The position numbers and the translations under genes were made by a program. Shown here one piece after another: positions 44,001 to 52,600 of a DNA stretch of 62,291 bases (position 1 is the first letter of the stretch; each line of letters starts with the position of its first letter). The notes below the pieces were generated by a model that saw nothing but the letters and a program-made list of their open reading frames with translations, was not told the origin of the DNA and made no database searches. Source of the stretch: a virus (lineage: Duplodnaviria; Caudoviricetes); IMG/VR virus record IMGVR_UViG_3300006750_000007, positions 1 to 62,291 of that record, one strand, 5' to 3'.

Positions 44001-46696
44001 CTAAAGGAGGTAAGGTAGATATTGATATAGTTAAAGGAAAATCTCCTCAACCTGGGGCAGTAGTAGCATTTAGAACTGAGGGTAAGACAGAGCAGAATAT
44101 GATTGATGCTCTTGAAGATAATGCTGTAGGTAATCCTTTTGGTCCTTATGCGGCTATAAAAGAAAAGACTGTTGTATCAGTTACTAGATTTTTAGATTGG
44201 TTAGAAGGTAAAGGAGATACAAACGTAATGCAAGATTATAGAGATGCTTTATTGGCTAAAGTTCCTGAACTAAAAGGTAAGACAATTTATTACTATAAAG
44301 ATTTAGGAAGACCTTCTCATGCAACAGCTTTAGATTATTTCCTAAATAAGGCAACTACTCAACCACAAACTAGTGAGGTTGAAATACCTAAAGTAAATAT
44401 TGGAAAACCTACAATAGATGTAAACATAGGTCCCGATACTGGAATTTTTGCAATAAAACAAGGCAATAAGGTAATAGGAGATATAAGTGTAAGTTTTGAA
44501 GGAAATTTCAAAGAAGGAATTATACCTAAAGGTACAGGAGAAGCTTTTATTGCTGGAGTAGAGATATATGAAGATTCAAATAAAGGTGAAAGATTTGGAG
44601 TAAGTGCTTATGTAGAAGTTGCAAACTATATGGCAAACCTTGGATACACATTAAGTTCTGGCATAAGCACTTCGGAATCAGCTAAAAGAGTTTGGGAAAG
44701 TCTAGTAAAAAGGGGGTTGGCAATTAAATCTGGAAACAGTTTTTTATACAAACCAACACAACAAACTAGTGAGGTTGAAGTATTATCAATAAGTCAACCT
44801 ACTCAAAGTGAAGAAAATTGGATAATGGAAGTTCAACAAGAAGATGGTAGAATATTGAAAGTTCAGACTATGAGTATGAGAGATAGAACATCTGACAGAA
44901 AAATAGAAGATGTAACTATAGCTATTGTAGATAAAAATACAGATATAGAATTAAATGAAAGTGAGATTAAAAAAGATTTACCTAGAGGAGGGAAAGAGAA
45001 ATTTAGATTACTTAAAGAAAGAAGAGACGCTCAAGCATCTGCTATATTAGGAGAAGCGTTAACAGCTTCTTTTAAAGGAGTGATGTTAGTTAATGTTTCT
45101 GAAAGAACTGCATACTTAAATGCTATAAGAAATGAGTTTAAACCAATTAGTAAGGTTGAAGGAAACATAACTCAGGATAATAAAAGCTACTATAGAGGTC
45201 AAATAGAAAAGCCAACTATTGATAAAGATGGCAATCTTGTTCTTTATGGAATAGAAGATGACTTATATAAAAGAGCAGGTTTAAAAAGTAAAGGAGTTTC
45301 AATGACAGATAATTTAGAAACTGCTGTAGGATATGGTGAAGGTCAACTTGAGGGTGCTGAAGCAAGATTTGATGATGAATGGGGCTATGATATAAATACT
45401 TGGGAAGCTGAAGATGCCTATAATGAACTAAAAGATAATGGATATTGGTTAATACAAATACCTAAAAACATTTCTAATGAGATAATAAAAGAAGCAGGGG
45501 AAGTTAAGGTTATTGGTAATAAAATTATAATCCCTAAAGGTCAATTCAAAATTGAACAGATTAGTGAAGTTGAGACTAAGAAAGAAGTAAAAAAAGAAAA
45601 ATCAGAACCTTTATTTTCAGAAGAACTTACTCCTCCTAAAACACGAAAAGTTAAAGCAGTTAAGAAACATAAAGGTACTGCTCAAGAAGTAACTACTGCT
45701 AAGATTAATGATATAGTTAAAGAGTCAGATAACTTTGAACTTGCTACTGTAGAACTAGAAGACGAGTATGGAGATATAATTGACGAAAGTGTTTATCTAG
45801 ATACAGAAACTAATGAACTAATAGAAAGACAATCTAATGCTGTTGTTAGATATATCAATGGAGATCCTATAGATTCATCTAAGCCTGATGTAATTGCTGG
45901 TGCAGCTGTAGGTAATTTAGTCGATATCTTAGGTAGAGAAATCTTTGCTGGCAACAAAATTAATTTTGAAGCTATTCAAAAAGAAGCTAATAAAGCTAAC
46001 GAAGAATCAGGATACAACATAAAAGTTGGAGAAGATGTAGTGACTAAATTGAAGCTAATACTTAGTAATGTTTACGATGAGCTTATTGCTAGTGGACATA
46101 CTATAGTATCTAAAGATGTATTTATTACTGCTCAATATAATAATAAAGAAGCTCAACTATCTGGTCTTTCTGGTATAGGAGGAACTCTCGATTTAATAGC
46201 AATAGATAAGAATGGAATTGCTCATATTATAGATTTTAAAAATATTAAGCTCACTGAGAAAAATAAAAACCGTATATTTGAAAATATATTTGGAGGAGGA
46301 AGATATACATCGAAAGTAGAATATTGGTCTAACCAACAAACAGCATATAAAATTATAACGGAGAAATACGGAGTTCCCGTAGGTTCTATAAATATTTTAG
46401 GGGTGAGTACTGAGTACGAATACGACGAAACTGATAGCGAAATTGAACTTAAGAATGTGACTCTTACTACAGAGCTAGTAAAGACTCCAAATAAGTATAT
46501 ATCTCCATTATCAAATGGACTTATTCAATTAGAAGAAAGCGACATCATCAAAAAAGAATTACCTCCTAGAATTGGAAATGAAGTATTCACAGGAAAAAGT
46601 GCAACATCTGATCCAACTGAATCATTTGACTTAGATGTTGAAGATGATTCAAATGATGCAGAAGCTGAAGCATTCTTAAAAAATAAATGTAAATAA
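38021..46696 (+). CDS. giant polyvalent ejected virion protein (2891 aa) with internal effector-domain array and C-terminal PD-(D/E)XK nuclease
   Basis: Gly/Ala-rich hydrophobic N-region, acidic linker, repeat-delimited modules, GTLDL...IIDFK...NQQTAY. Confidence 0.8.
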   Translation: MSEELDPITGLPGDPPEKVTKLTLSKDQIKSLANKANRYSSRGLSATQVGGPDVIKDIRQKYSDIETKPGKVHLQNIDKLYKGLEYAGLKHKAKLAEEQGFWGELGGAVAQTAAEIVGGTLEGVGYLGDLTHWGDIISGGDGDWENWLSSAGSSLKEYVAEAAPIHENPLNPSTREWFLSGVPTVASFVGMMIPAVGTVSGLSKIGALGKAARISSKTSDLATLLKAGKSIEIAKTISVGGNRVKGLSTAIVSRHIENMMEANGVWQEQKQKLIFSGVDYMTAEKEASEAAMQVYNQNWVMLAQDLPQYMMLGRGMNAARGVKSIRQAAKMGDDVTKSAFKKTLGVVGIGASEGAEEAYQYVVSQDAMYMSDYANGLVAEKGFSERLGEYIKEEEFFDSVFFGALGGVAMNTMGKPITRAGDGIANMARHITGRESKDGLWGGFKKDWKEDPRVQEQIHRAAKISFLSKQLAEAAEKDVKLAYDNLRNQGVADMVMEAAAVGNYDRMVNEIKELQNMTPEQLEESQVTEEFLNEIPSILKEAEEIKDMWNAETKSTLPKYVGTMVSAKYKLKKLKDQQGGLQDELMKANEDFNFGELLTEAGQDYLKNEYIIQSLKRSIEQAEFILKNKPHMSEWEKTQLKEQIGIKDEKTGEWASGSWNEELENAKQFRVDSKASTKKEFKNSIELSNKDKELIKRIITTPSLDVVKAQTRLNWNTANINSHLNSLVRLGQTEYQTQIEDFQKAQVKTNEKIGKIRQLYNDVNSGQEATLEPQLGEDGKYYEHVRPLNHFNNQSKIREAEEILETLDEAEKKRFAPVIEEMKSIVDDNRSVYQKRARQKNNKAKRIKGLKGYHRVNRLAKKLNAFRENNDPRFRELTPSELFISDQDVFRVTYKGKDGVLSQEEGEMTFTPNDGGIPHIISGRTSKQTLEQLGIGMISEYAYPLEFSVEGDSLGIWIGDNLMSFSTLNPLSSIKWDKNENLASITLNDSKGNPVVITNPQLVAELSEFVYLYQELVDEFSKEEENVFLPEHGVTVQYNTSNPNKSKLYKTDENGQLYEVLGELPLQENGKYTIKGVILNKFLDNFKIGVLTPMSKNKIIKDRDYANNTAKAKQQTQEQAASQEAGFNEPTGQTEVSEAKKRGEEVETEVADDIEETEEVGAVALSESGDNVEVEGEKGKITVNSSDTIGGNFDNLSPEEQAELEAAGFGQGPNEEQGRNEEQEQYENENEEESPFKEDVDETSTEDEQQTTEDVETIISEEAWEEFVDEDYVSQEILEGIAKKMRDGIPFTEKELAVYQSKAGEIESINIIHSTKETENPQSGFFTVKLATGLIVKSPSHKLLINDNGEIEQRKSKLKDGSLEDQPYVFNFDMLNNPNVKEGHEVKFVHTPTKYSEEQDVEPGEEFINAPIYVFYKDGKNWAPVGLLQAGNTKERKLIFDALKTKDEVKATIKNQKVKQEMYSSNASNFRNRIDHNTGEKVFQSAHDSLSTAWVETRDGFELTNEAPIIILSTEGTSKATDTSSEPRFYDRDLDPKIASDVSRSEIKKMKGDQEGHIWAAVINPSGIYVPFKLSTSNLTQEAKDKVEELILMGDYDAINEITHSNYDSDLSREYDKFFQVINTGKSKFIRFKHKGIIYKIDHAQINKGLKGEKMTMFLQALDLKGKSLQSIKDKKGKTIKKEVTLEEFKGMISELLNKKKFNVINSNLRTGENYVSPISGKEYNSYEDYLTGAKDIDGNENAESPAEGPNDANSILQSDLWGHNGSFFFDQGVDYEIDEVSKKKPATKKTVKASTPQPTQTTEVKEGVSEVFKDNKELSNIGTEQQYSNYLDTIFPDSQTNEIFHHWSMKNIPIGEKIGEDILGRVQGIWLSKNKEHWKDIVGNKAKRLKQELKENYIIVNAKNIFVSSTVTSPDGKSFPKGYDAIFAYDEAPNNYEGPLKSEFKTIDDFEAVIKSKEQLHELGSKEDVQGFREFVSKSTQTSEVDLGTETAPKGGKVDIDIVKGKSPQPGAVVAFRTEGKTEQNMIDALEDNAVGNPFGPYAAIKEKTVVSVTRFLDWLEGKGDTNVMQDYRDALLAKVPELKGKTIYYYKDLGRPSHATALDYFLNKATTQPQTSEVEIPKVNIGKPTIDVNIGPDTGIFAIKQGNKVIGDISVSFEGNFKEGIIPKGTGEAFIAGVEIYEDSNKGERFGVSAYVEVANYMANLGYTLSSGISTSESAKRVWESLVKRGLAIKSGNSFLYKPTQQTSEVEVLSISQPTQSEENWIMEVQQEDGRILKVQTMSMRDRTSDRKIEDVTIAIVDKNTDIELNESEIKKDLPRGGKEKFRLLKERRDAQASAILGEALTASFKGVMLVNVSERTAYLNAIRNEFKPISKVEGNITQDNKSYYRGQIEKPTIDKDGNLVLYGIEDDLYKRAGLKSKGVSMTDNLETAVGYGEGQLEGAEARFDDEWGYDINTWEAEDAYNELKDNGYWLIQIPKNISNEIIKEAGEVKVIGNKIIIPKGQFKIEQISEVETKKEVKKEKSEPLFSEELTPPKTRKVKAVKKHKGTAQEVTTAKINDIVKESDNFELATVELEDEYGDIIDESVYLDTETNELIERQSNAVVRYINGDPIDSSKPDVIAGAAVGNLVDILGREIFAGNKINFEAIQKEANKANEESGYNIKVGEDVVTKLKLILSNVYDELIASGHTIVSKDVFITAQYNNKEAQLSGLSGIGGTLDLIAIDKNGIAHIIDFKNIKLTEKNKNRIFENIFGGGRYTSKVEYWSNQQTAYKIITEKYGVPVGSINILGVSTEYEYDETDSEIELKNVTLTTELVKTPNKYISPLSNGLIQLEESDIIKKELPPRIGNEVFTGKSATSDPTESFDLDVEDDSNDAEAEAFLKNKCK
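43420..45571 (+). repeat. six dispersed in-frame 16-nt repeats, consensus ACAAACTAGTGAGGTT
   Basis: copies at 43420 (15/16), 43963, 44365, 44761 (exact), 45142 and 45556 (13/16); spacings 543, 402, 396, 381 and 414 nt. Confidence 0.9.
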
Positions 46697-49600
46697 TGAG
46701 ATATTGTCCTAATATAAATACAAAAGAGTTTAAAGAGATGGAAGCATCTCTAGGTAAAGAAGTTGCAACTACAGTATGGTTTAATAATAATGGAAATCAT
46801 ATAGAAATGGACCGTAATGGAAAACCATCTCAATTATTTAAAGATGCTGTTTCTTTTTATGGAAGTAGATCTGAAGCAATTAAAATTAAAGCTCAAATAT
46901 TTACTAAGTCTTATCTTGCTAATGATAACTGGATTAATAATAAAACAGAACCTACCATTATGGATATGGACCCTGATTTTAATTCTGTTGAAACATTTAG
47001 AATTGAACATGAAGGAATTATTAAATTAGATGAAGCTAAAACTTGGTTAGAACAAAGAGGCATTCCTTTTAATTCTGCTACTCAAATAGTAGAAATAGCA
47101 AATCATATTCCTGCTTACGCAGCAGGATCATATACTGATGGACTTGTTTATTTATCTTTAAATTCTCCTATAGGAACAGCATATCATGAAGCATTTCACG
47201 CTGCCTTTTCTGGATTCCTTACTCCCGCTAAAAGAAAAAAGATATTAAAATTAGCAAAAGAAAGATACTATAAAAATGAAGACCCTAGAAACGTATACAT
47301 GAATGTATCCATTGATAACTATCGAGGATACTTTCAAGAATATGGTTCGCAAGAAGGTTATGAAATGAGTGTATTAGACAACAAATTAGTAATAACTAAA
47401 GACGGAGTCAAAGTATCTAATGAAGAATTTAAAGATATAGTTGAAGAGTTAAATGAAATGGTGCTAGAAGAAAGACTAGCTGATGAATTTAGAATGTTTG
47501 TTGAATCAGAAGGAACTTATGCTCCTACTGAGAAAGGACTAGTTGCTTTCTTTAAAAGTTTATTGAAACATATTAAAGACTATATGAGTCATAAGTCAAC
47601 TATCGATACATTCTTTAAAGATATTGAAGGTGGTAAATTTGCTCAAAAAAGATTTAAGTATTTAAAAGGAAAGAAAGATAAGTATTCTATTTATGATGAC
47701 TTTACTACTGATCAAGTTGAATCAGTAATAAATATTATTACTAGTAAGTTTGCTACTACTATAGATATGCAAGACATTAAAGATGTTGATCCTAACGAAG
47801 TAATGGAGAATCTCAGATCTATATTTGTTAAAAGCATGTTCAGAAAATTAAATCCTGAAACTAATAAATACGAAGCTATAAACGTTGAAGATGCTAAAGC
47901 ACTTTATCAAAGAATGACCAATGGAGACCTTACACTTCCTACAGGAGTTAAAAGGACTAAACAATGGAAAGAACTTTTTAGTATCTACCAGAACTGGTAT
48001 AGTAAAAAAGATGAGTCAGGCAATACTACATATAGAGGATGGGCAGAATTAGCTAAAAAAGAATTAAAAGGTTTTGGATATACTATAAAAGGAGATTTAG
48101 TTGAAAGTGCTGAAGAAGAGTCTTTAGGTAGTGGAGAAAAAGATCATAGTAAAGCAGCCATAGAAAATAATAGAAAAGATACTTTATCTCAAAAGGTTAA
48201 AAACTTTTTGTCTAGAATAGTTAAGTATACTCCTGACGGAAGACCTTCTATGTCATTTTTAGGAACTACTGAGTTTATGCCATTCTCTGAAATGTATCAG
48301 GATGTAGCTCATATTGTTACTAATACTACTGATTGGAACTCTATGATGTCAGAACTTAAAAGAAATGCAGCTCAAAAACCAGCTGTAGGCTATGTGTACA
48401 GACAGCTTAAAGAAAAAATGGAGAGAGGAAACTTAGAAGATCTAAAGTTTATCGCTTCTTTCTATTCTAATATGGAAATGACTTATGTTGATTTTATAGG
48501 TGGAACTCAAGAAGTAGTATATGATCAGGAAACAGGAATGCCTACAGTATCGATTAAATACTTTAACTCCAATCAAAATAAAGTAGGAAGAATGTTAAGT
48601 CGAAGATGGTCTGCTAGCGCTCACCGTCCTGATGGATTAGGTTTATTTGAACTTAAGGGACTTAAGTTCAAGATTAATCAAAATAAAGTCGCTCTTCTTG
48701 AAAGAGAATATAAGATTATAAAAGAGATTAGAACAAAAGATTCTATAATTGAGGATCGTCATATTGACGCTTTAATTAGTTTTATGAATACTATTGGAGC
48801 TGATATTAGACAAGTTGATTTTAAGAAATTATTAGATGAAGGATTAATTATAGATAATAATTTATTGAAAGGTGGAGAACTATATAGATATGTTTATTCT
48901 GGTCAATCTATTCATTCTAATAATAAGAGAGGATTCGGAGTTCTTATTGATTCATTAATAGATAATAGAGATCCTTACAAAGAACAGTCAGGAATAATTG
49001 AACGATTTATTAGAATAGGAGAACAATTTGAAATTGAAAGTCAAGGTTCATTTATAAATAGCGCTAACAAATCTGTATATCCTGTTAATATGCATACTAC
49101 GATGAGTAGAATATTTAATGCATTTAAGAAATACAGATCTTCTTTATCTGATTCTTATTGGAATAAGTTTGTAGAACAATATAAAGGAGACAAAGCTTTA
49201 TTTCCTCAAGGACAAACAGAGAGTGTATATGATGACTTATTCTTAAGTTCTATAATGGCTACTCATCCTAAAGGAGCACATAATAACTTCTTTACTAAAA
49301 TATTTAAATTTGAAGACTTTGATGGATTCAAAATGAAAGGAGAAGTTGACCATACTTTTGATTATTCATCTCTTACTCCAGTTACAACAACATTAAATAG
49401 GCTTAACTTATTTATAAATAATTCTAGTAAGGGTACTATGAAAATAGCTCTTCCTACAATGGCTGATAGAAATAGAGGAGTATTTGTAAGTCTTCCTAGA
49501 ATATCTACACAAAAAGGATTACACCAATATTCTAAAAAGAGTATTAATAATATATTAAAGGGAATGATTTATCAAGACCTAATGAGAATAGGTCAAGTTT

Positions 49601-52600
49601 CAGAACAGATAAAAATAAGCTCTAGAAATAAAACTCAGTTATTATTTACTCCAGATAGCAAAGGTAACTATAGAGGTCTTGAATTTCATCAATTCCCTTT
49701 TTTAAACAAATCTGATAATCCAGCAGTAAAAAAATTATTAGCTTATGCTAAATCTTCAAAAGAAGATAAGTCTGTATTAGCTGAAGAAGATGTTGAAATA
49801 TGGCTAGATGAAGCAATGCTCATATCTAAAGATAATATAGAAAGAGAACAATTAATTAAAAACAAAAAAGATAAAGATTCTTATGTAGATATAACTGAAT
49901 TTATAGATTCTCAAGTAGAAAGTTTAAAAGAAAGATTAGACGAATACGGAATAGAATCAAATAAGAATAAGAAGAAAGCTCAATTAGATTATAGTGCTCT
50001 AGCTAAACTTTATACTAAGTCAGGAAGTGTATCTGAGTTTAGAGAAAACCCTGATGCATTCTATAGAGATTTTATTATTGCTGGTCATGTTAGTAAGATG
50101 TCATTTATTAAAATGTTGACAGGAGATCTTTCATTATATAAAAGTACTGAAGCTTGGTCTAAGCGTGTTGGTGGATTAGGAACTCCTGGACAAGAAAGTT
50201 TTCAATCTGACTTTATTCCTGGAATAGAATATGGAGATAAGCCTACTTATAACATGGCTGTAATCAAAGATATTTATAAGAAAGACACAGTCAATTTAGA
50301 TTTCTTAGCTTCTGTATTTGGAGAAAAACCAGTTAAAGCATATAGAAAAGGGAAAGGGTCCAATAAAACGGATGCTATGGGATTCACTACATTAGACAAG
50401 CATATGAGAAAGATGCAAGCTCATGATATGTGGACAGATGAACATCAAAAAGCTTACGAAAACTATAACTCTAGAGATCGTCTTTCTAGAAACATAAATG
50501 GCAAATTCGAATATGTAAGAGAAGATGGAGTAATAGTTCGTCCTAAACTTACACCTATTAAAACATACCATGATGGCATGTATTTAAAAAACGGTAAGAT
50601 GGTTCGTATTCTTATAAAACACTCGACAATGCCTTTGTTAATGGAGTTTACTAAAAACTATCCTCATTTTGAGCAACTTAGAAAAGCTATGTTGAAAATG
50701 AATATTGATGAAGTAAATATGGATTCTGCTGTTAAAGTTGGAGCAGAACATATAACAGAATTAAAATATGATGAAAGTGGACTTATTTCTAATTTAGATG
50801 ACCTTCATTCTATGGAATTAGAAACTAGATTCCAAAGAGTTCCTCAAACTATTCCTAGTAAAGTTAGAGATTCTAAATTAGGTTCTCAGTTAATGAAGTT
50901 AATCGTAGCCAATTTAAGAAAGAACTATTCTAATTATGAATTTAATGTTGGAGGAAAGATTGTTAAAGGAGATGAAATGATTGAAAAATATCATGATGTT
51001 CTTGAAGCAATGATAGAAAATGGAAGAGAAAAGTTATTTAAAGAAATTGGATACGATAAATTTCTTGCTTCTAATCAAGATAAAGAATCAACTAAAAAGT
51101 TTTTACAAAATCTTAGAAATATTCTTGAGAAATCTGGAGAAGAAAGAGATCTTCCTGATAACTACTTAGATGCCCTAGCTATTGTTGATAGCATTGTAGA
51201 AGATGTCGAACGTTCTAATTTTAAAGTTCCTTTGGCTTTTCCAACTATTCAAAATAAGTTTGAACAAATTATTCTTTCATTAGTAAAGAATAACGTAATG
51301 AGTCAAACTATTAATGGCGAATCTCTAGTTCAAATTGCTGAGTTTGGAGCTCATAAAACTAGTAAAGAACTTAAGTTTATTCACGGCGAGAAACATGTAG
51401 TAGATTTTAAAGATATATCAATATCTTATTTTGTAAATGTAAGAGGAGGCAAGTTTAAAAGCGCCAAAGAAATATCCGTAGGAGGAATAGTTCAATATAA
51501 TGGAGATAATTATCATGTTACAAAAAAGAAAGGCGATAAAATAACAATAGTCAAAATTGAAGCTGCTGAAGTAGACATACCTTATAAATTAGCTGAAAGA
51601 TTAAAATTACCTAGACATCCTGTTACTGGAGAATTCATTGTAGACCCTGAAAGTTTCCCTGAAGAATTACGAAATATAGTTGGTTATCGTATCCCAACTC
51701 AGGGTAAATCATCTATGCTACCTTTACGAATTAGAAAGATTTTAACTCCCGCACAAGGAAAAGCAATAATTGTACCTGGAGAAATTACTACTCAAATGGG
51801 GTCGGATTTTGATATTGATAAGTTATTCTTAATGATGCCTAACTATGATATCAAATGGAAAACTAAAAATGGAGATGTCTTTGACGAAAAAGGATCTTTT
51901 GTTTCACAAATGAAAAAGAGAGGTTTTGACATTTCTAGAAAAGATGCTAGCAAGTTAATGGAAGATGAAGACTATGTCCAAGATATGACAATAATCTCTG
52001 ATTCAGGAGTTGCAGACATTGGAGACCTTATAGAAGCTAGGAAAAAAACATTATCATTTTTAAATAAAAAGTTTAAAGAACTTAATCCTAAATTAGTAGC
52101 TGAAAAAGTTTCTTATGATCTTGAAAATCTCCACGGCGCTAAAAGAGAGTCATTAGAAAATGCATTTCTAGATATTGCATTAGGCATTCTTACTAATCCT
52201 ATAGTAGGTAAAGAGCTTATTACTTCTGTAGATTCTCAAACGTTTCCTCAATTAGTAGAAATAATGGCTCCAAAGTTAAAAGATTATATTTCTGAGTTAG
52301 ATCCTGCTAATTGGTCTACTGAAATAGACCTTGAGATAAGAAATAAAATGGGTAAAATTGGTATTGGTATTTATGCTGTAGCATTAAATGGTCAGGCAAT
52401 AAGACAACACTCTAAGCAACCTGTTTTATTAAATGAGCAATACTCAGTAAAGTTTGACGGCAAAAATATTCAAAATGTATCTGAAGAATACGATGAATTA
52501 GGTAATCCAATTACAGAACATTTCAACAAGCACTTGAATATGTCTGTGGATAATGCTAATGAGCCGATGATGGAAGTATTAAATGATAATGCATTTACAT

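Noticed and set aside
43420-45571. CRISPR array interpretation of the 16-nt repeats
   Set aside because: Spacers are 365-527 nt, coding and in frame; no cas operon (the PD-(D/E)XK gene alone is not evidence)
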